Positions 42,381 through 53,350 of a stretch of 64,000 nucleotides of DNA are shown one piece after another; within the stretch, counting starts at the first letter, position 1; each line of letters opens with the position of its first letter. The notes under the pieces are model-generated. The model was not told where the DNA came from, searched no databases, and saw nothing but the letters and a program-made list of their open reading frames with translations. Both the position numbers and the translations under genes were made by a program. Where the stretch lies: assembly GCF_009914755.1 (NCBI RefSeq), contig NC_060932.1, one strand, 5' to 3'. This stretch comes from the human T2T-CHM13v2.0 reference genome, Homo sapiens.

Positions 42381-43418
42381 GACTTTGATTCTTTCAAGGC
42401 TCACTTTTAAGCTTTGTTGGGGTGACTCCAAAGTAGCTTTTTGCTGGGGGAAGGCACTGAGTAGGAGAATAGAGTTAAATCCAAGGACAGAAAGTGAACC
42501 AAGAGAAAAAGGTCTCAAGCCATGGAGACGGCACAGAGCAATAAACCAAATCAGAGCAAAGATCGGAGACTAGCAGAGCTGAAGACTTGCATTCCTGGAA
42601 AAGCCAGTGTATATTTAAACTGCAGAAAAACTTTGTGTTTATATGTAAAACTGAGCTAGGTTCTGGGATTAGCTCATCATAAACAGGTTTCTCATTTACA
42701 TTCAGAAGTGAAGAGTAACATGAGACATTCTCTTGGTGCACATCTAGCATTCTTGGCCTCCACCCACTCACTGGAAGCACTGTGCCTGCCTGCTCCTTGT
42801 GTCCACCAAAATTATTGCCACACATTTCCAAAGTGCCCCCTGTGGGAAGCATTACACCCCCACTGAAAGCCACTGGTGTAGGAACAAAGGATTTAAAATA
42901 TGCCTCTCTTATTTTGCCCTTCATTGTCCCTATTTCCTCATCCTGCTGCATCATCAGGGAAATCCAAGGGCCCTTTTCTGTATACATTCTTCCTGGATGA
43001 TGAGTTCACTCACTCCTGTGGCTGTAGCCACTGCCTTAATGCCCGTTCAGACGTCCACTCCTTCGTCTCCAGCCCTGCCTCTCCCTCTGTGCCTATTCAA
43101 AATCTGCTCATCCTCCAAGGCCCAGCTCAGATTCTGCCTACTCCGCTAAGCCTCCTCCAAGGATTTCAGCTGACATTGACCTGTCCCTCCTCTTGCCCCT
43201 GGAGACACTGCCTAAGGCTTAGTTCTTAATTGTACAGAACTCATCAAACTGTGGTCATGATGGGCCTCCAAAAACCTGTGATTAGATTTAGTCATTCCAC
43301 AATGTATATCTATGTGAAAGCATCATGTCATACACAATACATATGTATAATTTTATCTGCCAATGTTCATATATAAATAAGATGTTTAACAACCAATTGG
43401 AATGGATGACAGCCATAG

Positions 43419-44194
43419 TGAAACTGCCTTCGCAAAGATTACGGCAGTGAGAGAAATCTACCATCACTAACTCCATTTTGCTTTTAACTTCATAAGCTAA
43501 CTGCCCTGGGTGTAGGCCAAACTATGGGAGGGATTCAGTTTAGAGTTTAACTTTTAAAGCAAGAATGATAATAGTTCCTTCCTGAAACTAACCCCCTCCT
43601 TGTTCAGGACCAAAACTGCCTTTGTGAAACTAATGAAGGGCCACAACGTTAGAATCATGATAGGAGCCTGAACTCTGCATAGTTAAGTTATAACCAGCCA
43701 TTGTTCCCTGGCTTGCTGACTGCTCAGAAGTCAAGTAGCTGGAGGTCACAGGATTTGTGACTTCCCCACTTGCCCCTGTAGATAACATCACTATTGTAAA
43801 ACCTAAGACTGGTCTTTGAAACATTTTCCAGACTTTTGCATTCAGGCAGACCAACAGACACCACCCCGACCTGAACCTGAGACTCGTGCCAAACAGCTGA
43901 CTCAACAGGGCCTGTGACCCCCCCACCCAGAAGCTGACTCAATGCATGAAGACAATTCCAACACTCCTATGATTTCATCCCCCATCCAGTTTGCAGCATC
44001 CCTTCCCTAGCCACCTGCCCACCAAAAAACCCTAGCCTCCAAGCTCCTGGGGAGGTGAATTTGAGAACTATCTCCCATCATGCTTCTGGGCTGCCTTGTG
44101 ATAATTAAATCTTTTCTCTGCTGCAACACGCCTGCTGTCTCAGTGTATTGGCTTTATCTGTGCAGCAGGCAAGAAGAACCCACTGTACTATGGC
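43419..44194 (+). mobile_element. LTR8A-like solo LTR
   Basis: tgaaactgccttcgcaaagatt...tgctgtctcagtgtattggctttatctgtgcagcaggcaagaagaaccc. Confidence 0.8.
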
Positions 44195-45824
44195 AACCAT
44201 GAAGTGAGGGTGTGGGGGGCCCTGTAGCACCAAGCTTGAATCCTGTAGTCTTTCTGGATTGTGGGGAGGCACAGAGACTCCCAGGGGAGGAGCTGCACAG
44301 CTGGAATGGCAAGGTCACCAGCCAAGCAGAAGGGACATTGGATGAATCAAGACCCACAATAGCTGTAAACCACTAGTTTGCCAACCCTGGCACATACCAA
44401 CTTGACATAAATTCTGCCAATGACCAAAAATAATTGAAAATGAGGTTAAAGCTTATTAAATCTTAAAAAAAAAAAAGAAAAAAAGAAAAAAAACCCGGGG
44501 AATGACTTGCTAAAATGTAGTGTCCAGGGCAACACCCTCAAAGGATACTGTAACTCTGGGTGATTATTTCCATTCCCGAACACCTAAAGCAAAGAAATCT
44601 ACACTTTAACAAGCCCTCAGAGGGATTCTGATGTAAACTGAAATTTTAAGAGCCATGGCTTTGGTACTTTCACGTGTGTCTCAACTGATTTGTAAACTCT
44701 TTCAGTGCAAGAATCGCTTTTTAATGCTTGGAAGCTAGCCCCATGCTGGGCACATAATTAGAGTTTTCAGTTTTTAGTGTCAGGAGCTGGGGATTATTCC
44801 AGTTCTGGGGCTGTCTTGGATGTGGGTTTTAGTCTCCTGTATAATCTTCATCAGCCATCTCCATTCTCAGTCTTACCTTCAGTGCTGCAGTAAAGTCCTC
44901 ACAAATGAAGCTTCCAGGTAAGACCCCCGACCTCTCTTTCAACAGAAATGCTGCTCCTAATCCCATCCTATATGGTAATTCTGGAGTAGTCACTGCCTGG
45001 ACATGGAGATTAATAAACCTGATTTCTGTTTTCAAGGGACATCAAGTCTAAGAGATGAGAGGGATAGGTACATAAACAATTACACCATAATCTAAGCATA
45101 TAAGAAATATAGAAACACTGGCAGAGTCGGGAAACTTAATATCTGGGCTGAGTTTAAAAAGAATGAATAGTAATTAATTCAACCAGGCAGTGAAGAGCAA
45201 GCCTAGCGAGGGAACTGCATGGGCAAAGGATGGGAGTGTCAGTCAATGTGGTTTATGGGCAGGAGATGGATGAGAGAGAGTGCTGGGAACAAGGCTTCCT
45301 CTTGGCTCTGGGTATTCCAGTGGGGAAATGCAGATGCTATGGGTAAATTTGTGAAAATAGACTCTTGAGGCCATCCATATGCTTGTCTCTGTTTGCTCAG
45401 AAAAAGTTGATTCTTGATGGAAAGGCCACAGCCTCTCTTGCTTTCTCAACCACAGCAGCTTCCTAAAGCCTCCTGGGCTGCAGCCTGGATGTCCTGGCTC
45501 TGTCTCCATGTTGATTCTAAGGCAGTAACCTTCAAAGGGTTTTGACTGCCACCCCCCATAAGAAATGCACTTTATGCTGCGATCAACACATATATACACA
45601 AAATATAAAATTGAAACACAATTTCCATGAAATAATGCCTCCATTATCACCTGTCACCCATTTTGATGTTTTGTTTTTCTATTCTAATCCACTTAAAAAA
45701 GAAAAGAAAGGTTGGGTGGGATCCACTACGTTGATCTCAAGATCCAGTGAGTCACCACTCACAGCTTGAGAAACCCTATTCTGGGACTCAGATGCTAGTT
45801 TGGAGGTGTCAAGAAGCAGCACAC

Positions 45825-46070
45825 TCCAGTGGCTAAGAATATGGACTCTGGGAGCAAACCGCCCAATTCAAGTCCCTGTTCTCCCATTTACTCCCTGTGT
45901 GACCTTGCCAAGTTACTTACCCTTTCTAGACCTCAATTTTTTTGTCTACAAAATGGGATGATAAGAGTACCTACCTCCTACAGGTGGTGTGAAGATAAGT
46001 GAGATAATATAGATGTAAAAGTACAGAAAAGTGTAGGACATCTAGTAAGTGCTGCCTAAGTTAGCTGCTG
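45825..46070 (+). mobile_element. MIR
   Basis: agtggctaagaatatggactctgg...tgtgtgaccttgccaagttactta...gtacctacctcc. Confidence 0.85.
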
Positions 46071-46071
46071 C

Positions 46072-46110
<39 letters not shown>
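46072..46110 (+). repeat. (CAT)13 trinucleotide repeat
   Basis: 39 nt, perfect. Confidence 0.96.
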
Positions 46111-46111
<1 letters not shown>

Positions 46112-46198
46112 TTTGATCCTCCTGTTATCTTATTTTAAAATAAAGCCAAATTACAGTACCACTAGTGAGAAGAAAGAAAAAAAGGCTATACCAAAGGG

Positions 46199-46204
46199 TT
46201 TATT
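46199..46204 (-). terminator. Distal poly(A) signal AATAAA of STMN4
   Basis: Plus-strand tttatt, followed on the minus strand by a U-rich element (CCTTTTTTTCTTTCTTCT). Confidence 0.65.
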
Positions 46205-46467
46205 TGCAAAGCTGTAAAAAACTACACAGTGTGCAGAGCAGAGTGGGAAGAGGTCCTGGGACCCGGTTAACACAGGCAGCCCCTGCACTCATGTTTGCAG
46301 GGGAAGGGAGGAGGAGAGCTTCTTTTCCAGCCATGGTTCAGTGTCCTGGAGACCAAGACTGCTGGGTCTGGATGCCTCCTTTGCCTTCTACTAGCAAACA
46401 CTTTATTTCCTTGCTCGTATTTTCTAATCTACCTAGAATCTCAAACCCCCAAAGCATGGAGGACTTC

Positions 46468-46830
46468 TGCTATGGTGTGAATGTTGCTGTCTCCCCCAAT
46501 ATACAGGTTGAATCCTAATCCCGACACTACAGAATTAAGAGATAGGGCCTTAAGAGGTGAGATCATGAGGACTCCACCTTCATGAATGGGATTAGTGCCT
46601 TAAAGAAAAGGCTCAAGGAAGCCCTTTTGCCCTTCCCTTCTGCCATGTGAGGATGCAGCAAAAAGGCATCATCTTTGAAGCAGATGGCAAGCCCTCACCA
46701 GACACTGAATCTGCTGGCACCTTGATATTGGACTTCCCAGCCTCCAAAACTGTGAGCAATCAATTTCTGTTATCAATTACTTAGTCTAAGGTATTTTGTT
46801 ACAGCAGTCTGAACGGTTGTGACTAAGACA
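46468..46830 (+). mobile_element. MaLR solo LTR (MLT1A/MSTD-like), antisense within the long STMN4 3'UTR
   Basis: tgctatggtgtgaatg...ccctcaccagacactgaatctgctggcaccttgat...gactaagaca. Confidence 0.85.
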
Positions 46831-47167
46831 AATTCCTTCTTACAGTGCATCTTGGGGACCATATTAGGATGTCAGTTCATTGAAAGGAAGATTGAGTTTC
46901 TTTTCTCATCAATTTAGTGCATGCTATCCAATAAAGATTAGCCCACAGAGGGGATTTTAAAAAACAGAAGAGAAAACCTTTCAATTATGCCAAAGGCTGG
47001 CCTGATTCAACCCACCTCACCCAGGCTCCAGATGCTTGAATGGCAGAATTAAGGAAGCAAAGGGGCATCTGCCATCAGATGGATGAAAGCCAGGTTTCGA
47101 GAACTTTTTAACAATTACCCAAAGGACACATTTGGGAAATAAAGAACTGGACACTTGGAGTCAATGT

Positions 47168-47173
47168 TTCATT
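47168..47173 (-). terminator. Candidate proximal variant poly(A) signal AATGAA
   Basis: Minus strand AATGAAACATTGACTCCAAGTGTCCAGTTCTTTATTT, with a GU/U-rich downstream element. Confidence 0.45.
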
Positions 47174-47703
47174 GGTCATGATGATCAAAAAATGATGGTT
47201 CACACACACACACAGACCTCATCCCACCTGCTGCAGGGTGGAAGCAACACCACTGGTACTCACACCCCCTCTGGCTGGGTTCTCTGGTGCGCCCTGCAGC
47301 CGCTGCCCCACCCAGGACTCTGTCCTTCACCCTGAAGTTCTACCGCCCTGGTTTTCATCTCTCCTCAACATGGTGCCTGGAGGCTCAATGTCCAGGTAGA
47401 GATGTGAAAATCAGATCTGCGCCGGGCAGGGTTGCAATGTCCTTGAGTTCTTCTCCATCTCCCTTTCCCAAACTCTCTCCTCTCCCCTCTCCCACCCCGT
47501 CATTGTTCCCCGGAAACAAATAGGATGGCTTCACTGGTCAATTCTTAACATGTACAAACACCAAAAGCAGAGGAAACGCCCCTTGGCCACCCCCCTCCCC
47601 CCAAACCCCAGTGCTGGGAGCGCAGCCGGCGGGCGAGGCTGCCTGGAACGTGGAGCTGCTGGAGCTGTCCGGCTGACCTGGAAAGTTCTTTGGCCTCTAG
47701 GCT

Positions 47704-47763
47704 TTACCTGGAGGCCTCTTCCTTCAGCTCCTTGTTTTTCCGCACCTCCTCGGCGTGCTTGTC
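47704..47763 (-). CDS. STMN4: STMN4 last coding segment DKHAEEVRKNKELKEEASR*
   Basis: cttcctttccag|GACAAGCAC...TCCAGGTAA. Exon sum 13+96+209+192+60 = 570 nt = 189 aa plus stop. Confidence 0.96.
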   Translation of the reverse strand, partial: DKHAEEVRKNKELKEEASR

Positions 47764-48274
47764 CTGGAAAGGAAGGGAGGGAAAAGGGCAGGTCACACAA
47801 GGCTGCCCGGGGACAAAAAGGGAGGCCAAGGGGCAAGAGAACCAAAAGCAAAGAGTGGCCACCACAGGCAGCGAAGAGCTCTGTCTGCGAAGGCATCCCG
47901 AGAGGGGCAGAAGGTGGCAGGTGAGGCTGGCAGGAGGCAGGGGGCAAGCCTACTGGTGCTGCCCCAGGGAGCTCAGGGTCCTGTGGGTGTCAAACTGCAG
48001 CAGGGGCCCACCTTACAGTGACCATGGGCCACGCAGCCTCCCCCTCCCTCACCTGGCCATTCTGTGGTTTGGATTAGATCATATGGCTTGACTTAATATA
48101 AGGAGCTGCTGGGGGTAATTTGTGCCAGAGGAGCAGGCAGAACAGACAGGCCTCACTACAAGCATCCCCTACAAATCACATGCACCTGCCTGCTGCTTCT
48201 AGTTCTCATCCATCTCCTTTGTGAGAATTGCCTTAACCCTCTTGGTGAAAGATGAGGATTCTTTGATTTTCCTT

Positions 48275-48410
48275 TGTTATTATTTAAACAAAAATAGAGA
48301 TGGGATCTTGCTATGTTGCCCAGGCTGTCCTCTAACTCCTGGCCTCAAATGACCCTCCCACCTCTGTCTCCCAACGTGCTGGGATTACAGATGTGAGCCA
48401 CCGTGCCCAG
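48275..48410 (-). mobile_element. Alu monomer (FLAM/AluJ left arm)
   Basis: tagagatgggatcttgctatgttgcccagg...gtgagccaccgtgccc. Confidence 0.85.
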
Positions 48411-50116
48411 GTGTGGACTCTTAAAGTGCAAATCGACAGAAGAATTTTGAAAATGTTGCCCAACTCCAAAAAGTGGACTTTCTTACACCTATTATAAGAG
48501 AACCTTCTTTTATTTCACAGGGTAGTGCAGCCAAAAGATAGCATCTGCCTTCCAAGGCCCATCTGCAGGAGGATCTTGGCTGGCTCACTTCTCCAACCAG
48601 GCCTCAGTTCTCTGATCTTTAAAGAGAAGGGCATAGACAGGTGGTCTTTCACCCCTCAAGTTGTGATGTTTAGTGTTCACCTGCTCACTGTGCAGATTCT
48701 CTATTAGACAGTTCTCTATTAGACGGTGACTTTCCTGTGGGTAGGGACCACATTATCTTTTCTACTATGGTGCCTTACACATGGCAAGCACTCAACCAAT
48801 GTTGTCCCTCCCAGAGCCTGGCACTGTCACATCCAGATGACAGAATCAGCCTGAAGTAGACCCACGGAGGCACCCAGGTTTTCAGGATAAACTATAAACT
48901 ACGAATCTGTCCCTGCAGACACCCTAGAACTTTCTGTGGCCTAGGAGTGAGGAGTGGTGTGCACAGGGCAGGGGTTCCCAAACTTTGGTATGTATCAGCA
49001 TGACCTAGGAAGCACCATCCCTAGACAGCCAGGATTAGTGTTCTGGGGAAGGTTCCAAGTATCTGTATTTTTTAATTTTATACCAAGTGAGTCTGGTACA
49101 CAGGGTCAGTGACCCACACAAACACTGGCACAGCAGGCATTGTTGAAGGTGTCCCTGGCCTGGTGCACAGGTGGACAGGGCAGAAAACATACACCCAACT
49201 CTCACCCAACCTCCCGCCTCCACCAGTGGGTAAAGGGGAGCAGGGGCCGAGGTCCCAAAGGGATGCTGCCCCCTCAAATGTCTGCTCTGACCTCACACCT
49301 CTTTGAGTCTACCCGACCTCCACAGCCATCACTCTACAATATGGACCTTTCCAGTCTCTCTGCCTCTGAATCTACCGATCTCTCTGCCTCTGAATCTACC
49401 TCCATTCTTGGGTGAGCTCACTGGGCAGAGCCCTAAGTTCTGCACTCCCTTTCCTCGGCCTCCAAAGTCTCTCTTGATGACAAAAGGCTGGCAGGACAAT
49501 CACAGGCTGGTCTCCCTGAACCACTTGGACTTGGAGCCAAAGATCTGGGTGCTAGTCCTAGCTCCACTGCTTATTAGTTTCGTGACCCTGGGTAAGTCAT
49601 TTGACCTTTGTTGACATGTTTTTCTCATCTGCAAAATAAGGATAACACCTGTCCAGCTTGCCTCAGGGACTTGTTGTGAGGATAGTGGCGAGAGGAAATG
49701 AAAGTATTTTGCAAAGAGTCTCTCAAGTGCTATATCCTGGGTCGAGCCTCAGTGATTTGTTTTGGGTCTGGCCTCAGGGCCATGCCCATCTTAGCCCAAC
49801 CCCAGGTTTTTGTTAAGAGTTTGCTCCAAGTCATCCCTCCATAACTGGAGAAGCCTGAGGGCCGACCCAGATCACCTCCCTCCCATGTGACACTTGGTGG
49901 AGGCCCTGCCAAGCTTTGCAGGCTGGTGCATCAGAGCACAGGGGCTGCCTCGTGCTGGCCAGCTCCAGGGCCTACGCAACATTCAGACACCTTGTGAAGA
50001 AACCAGATCCTTCTAGGACCTGTTGCCAAGGGCCTGAGACTCTAGGTGGATGGGCAGGAAGGAGCGGGGACCACGCTGCTCACCATGGGACGAGGCCACC
50101 GATCAGGTCCCGGGAG

Positions 50117-50137
50117 TCACCGCGCAGCAGGCGGTTC
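50117..50137 (-). CDS. STMN4: STMN4 alternative C-terminus EPPAAR* (RB3'-type) within cassette exon 50084-50137
   Basis: ttttatttccag|GAACCGCCTGCTGCGCGGTGA...CCCATG|gtgagc. Gives 176 aa, or 203 aa with the 81-nt exon. Confidence 0.82.
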   Translation of the reverse strand, partial: EPPAAR

Positions 50138-50828
50138 CTGGAAATAAAACACAGAGCTGGAGCTCTCCCAGGAGCTGCAGGAGAAACTGGGGCGGCCTTG
50201 AGACTCAGGAAATGAGGCCAGCGTGTTCTCAGCAGAACGGGCCGGTATTCTGCTGACACACAGAACCAACCCCGGCCTCATGTTTCTCATATTTAGGTGA
50301 CACCGTTCCATTTATTGACAAAAGGCAACATATTGGAAAGACCTGTGACTCACTGGGTCTGTGTCAAGAGGTTTAGAGAGAATCATGTTTCCTGCTCAGT
50401 GGGAATCTCAGCTCATCATACCCGTGACTTAGAGCCAAGAGCTCAAGAAAGCATCTTTCCTTCCATCAAATCAATCCATTCAGGGATGAAGCTAGGAATG
50501 CATACCTGCTTGTCTATCTCTACTCCTTTGTATTAGACAGGCTTCTTCTAGAAAATCAGACATATATGCTCCCTAAGGCAATGAAGGATTTTAATTGTGT
50601 AACTGTGCAGAATATCCCCCAAGGAAACCCTGAGTCTGGTTCCTATTTCTTGCCTCTGACTTCCCTGATCATCCTTCGGAACTCTCTAAAGATCCTGCCT
50701 AAGAAAAAGATCCTGATTTTTGCCTGAGGCTGCTTCCTCCCTGAGATGATCAGCAGGTCCCCGCATACTTGCTGCAGAAGGAAAACAGCATGTCCCAGGA
50801 AACTCCTCTCTAGCCAGGGACCCCTCAC

Positions 50829-51020
50829 CTTCTCTTGCAGCCGTTCCAACATGGCGGCGAGGTGGGCCTCCCTGTTCTCCTTGTTGGATTCCATCTTCTG
50901 GGCCAGTTTTTCCTTAGCCATCTTGATGAAGTTGTTGTTTTCCTCAATGGCCTTTTGGATCACCTCTCTCTCATGTTCCCGTTTCTCTGCTAGGTGTTTC
51001 AGGAGCTCCGCTTCCTGGTA
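50829..51020 (-). CDS. STMN4: STMN4 coding exon, 192 nt: [64 protein letters not shown] (tubulin-binding helix)
   Basis: cttccccag|TACCAG...CAAGAGAAG|gtgagg. Contains the stathmin motif [10 protein letters not shown]. Confidence 0.97.
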
Positions 51021-51911
51021 CTGGGGAAGCATAAAGGCAGAAGGAGGCCCTTCACAGTGAGTGTGCCAGGGTTTATTTTCACCATCGTGGCTGAAAAGCT
51101 GCACACTCAGAACACTCACCTCCCTGGGCCTGGTCCCCAGACCATTAGCAGGAAACAAGGACACTTCCTAAATTCCCCCCACCACTTTCAGAGCCTTCCA
51201 CATTCTTTGATTTTTTTTCCCAGCCTTTTCCTAAATACCTTCATGGCCCTTTTGCTCATTGCCATCATTCATTCATTCATTCACAAACACTAAATGATCT
51301 TATACTATGTGCCAGGCACTGGTCTAACAGCTTGGGGTAAAAAAAAGTCTCACAGAGGTAAGACATATATACATCACTAAAATCCAGACTAGTGTAGACA
51401 TATGCCCTAAGGTGTAGACAGGATGCACTGAAGGAATTCATGATAGGGGATTATTTTCTTTTTGAAAGATAAAGAAAAGTTACACATAGAAGACGGTATC
51501 AGAATCAAGCCATGAGAATCCATAGAAGGCATCCCGGGCCTCGAGATGCACTACACCATGATCTTCTCTCCCTCCTCCAACGAAGAAGCTCTTTCCTTAA
51601 TTCCCTAGCCTTTCCCTAAATCCTTAGTATTTGTCAGTCTTATTTTTGCCACCATGCATATAGGGCCACCTCTTGGAGGAACATAGCAATGTCCTATCCC
51701 CCTAACCAAACTGTGAGCTGCAAGAGGCCAAGGGTGTTTAGTTCTTTGTTTCCCTCAATGGTGTCTCATTCTCCACCGCACACTCGGGAGATGCTCCCTA
51801 AATATTGCAGATTGGTGATGAGCTTATCCCAGCTCAGGTCCACCACCTGTCTTCTCCACCTCCCTCCCCTTTATGCTGAGAGGGAGGAAAGAAGGAAGGG
51901 TCAGCATTTAC

Positions 51912-52120
51912 CTTCCTTCGCTCCTCAGCCGCTTCTAGTTTCTTCTGGATCTCTTCCAGGGATGGGTCTCGCCGCCTTGGCAGGGAGGCGTTGAACTCGG
52001 GAACCCCATCAAAGGAGGGTGGCTTCAGGATGACTTCAAAGGATTGGCCCGAGGTGCATTTGTTCAGCTCGATGACTTCCATGTCGGAAATGACGCACCA
52101 ATTCAGGTCCACCGTGTCTG
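51912..52120 (-). CDS. STMN4: STMN4 coding exon, 209 nt: [35 protein letters not shown]...[17 protein letters not shown] (stathmin-like domain)
   Basis: ctctgtag|CAGACACG...CGAAGGAAG|gtaaat. Carries the stathmin signatures SGQSFEVIL and [17 protein letters not shown]. Confidence 0.97.
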
Positions 52121-52534
52121 CTACAGAGGGCAGAGAAGGGGCTGCTCACGTCCTGAAGAATGCACAGGCACCCAGCAAGCATGCGGCGCATGCACACGGG
52201 AGTGGGAGAACTGGGGCCCCAAGCAAGCTGGAGACTGGGGTCTGGCTTAGTCCTACACCCTAGTACCTAAGGGCAATGGCCTCTGACGGGGCTGAAGGAG
52301 TTTGTAGCAACAGTGAGGCTTCAGCCTGCAAGAATAGGGGGCCCCAGGCAATGTGATTTCCTACGACACTGGCTGCTTTTGCCTTTGCTTCCCCCACCAG
52401 CCTCCTCTGACTGCTGAGCTGCTCAATTTGTCGTCCGTGGTGACAGGCAGGGGTGCGTTTCAGCCCCCGCCCACCCCCGGCCACAGCCCATCTGACGCTC
52501 GGCCTGCGGAATCCCTCCGCTGCCTCCCTCCTAC

Positions 52535-52615
52535 CCTGAGCTCTTCTTTCTCTCCAGTCAGCACTGTCTTTCCGCTGGCTTTCATCCTTCCTCCTACACT
52601 GTCTCCCACACCAGC
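52535..52615 (-). CDS. STMN4: STMN4 alternative frame-preserving cassette exon, 81 nt: GWCGRQCRRKDESQRKDSADWRERRAQ (RB3''-type insert)
   Basis: ttttttctgtctag|GCTGGTGT...GCTCAGG|gtagga. Phase 1-1 and open. Inclusion turns 189 aa into 216 aa. Confidence 0.88.
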
Positions 52616-53254
52616 CTAGACAGAAAAAACAACCTCAGGTCATCCGAGCATGCCTGTTCCTTGGTGCCAGACCAAACCAAACCCATCTCTGCTTCTAACC
52701 AGGACATTAGGAGGTGACCTGGTCCCCGAGCACCCCTGGTGAGGACGTGGCCACCCAGTGCTCCCTGCTGGTGTCTTGGGGCTGTCCCGGCTACAGGCCC
52801 CACACAGCATGGCTGCCACAGAACCTCCTCTTCCCACCTCTGGACTCTCCCAGAGCATTCTCTACCCTTCCCAGAGGAGACCTGTTGACCTGGAAACTGA
52901 CTCACATCGTCTCATCTTCTCTTCTGGTCTAGATGTTCCCCACAGGTAGAATATCTGTCTGGCTCACCTTTGCATACCCCCCAGTCTCGATTTGCTGGAT
53001 GCATGCACAGAGGTGACAAGATCGAGTGCACTCTGGGGGGCGCCTGATGCAGACCTTCATGGCCTCCCCCTAGTGCCCAGGCTGGACCACTGCAGCTCAG
53101 ACCCTCGGGCTCACCCGCTGTGATTTCATCGGCACTGGGAAGGAAACTGTCTCGGGAGGAGAGATTCACGGGACTGGGGTCGGGGTGCAGGACCTATGAG
53201 GACAGGACACAGGGCCCCCCCGCCCCTCACTTTCCTGGCTGAGCCTTCACTGAC

Positions 53255-53350
53255 CTTCATATTTGTAGGACGACTTATTCAGGGGATCGGCCAGGAAGCA
53301 GGAGCAGAACAAGGACACCAGCGGGAGCTCCTTCATCTTCTCTTTGTAGG
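53255..53350 (-). CDS. STMN4: STMN4 coding exon, 96 nt: (A)[31 protein letters not shown], membrane-targeting domain with Cys20/Cys22 palmitoylation motif
   Basis: gtttccgcag|CCTACAAAGAG...TATGAAG|gtcagt. Matches the SCG10/SCLIP/RB3 N-terminal domain. Confidence 0.96.

Larger units (their letters stand above)
46180..47703 (-). other. STMN4: STMN4 3'UTR (long form; a shorter form probably ends near 47155)
   Basis: Follows the TAA. Ends inferred from poly(A) signals at 47168-47173, 46402-46407 and 46199-46204. Confidence 0.65.

Noticed and set aside
47661-47681. RE1 right half-site GGACAGCTCC in the 3'UTR
   Set aside because: No matching left half at canonical spacing.
47531-48091. Several overlapping 88-138-aa ORFs
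   Set aside because: Alternative frames and antisense of the GC-rich STMN4 last exon and intron.
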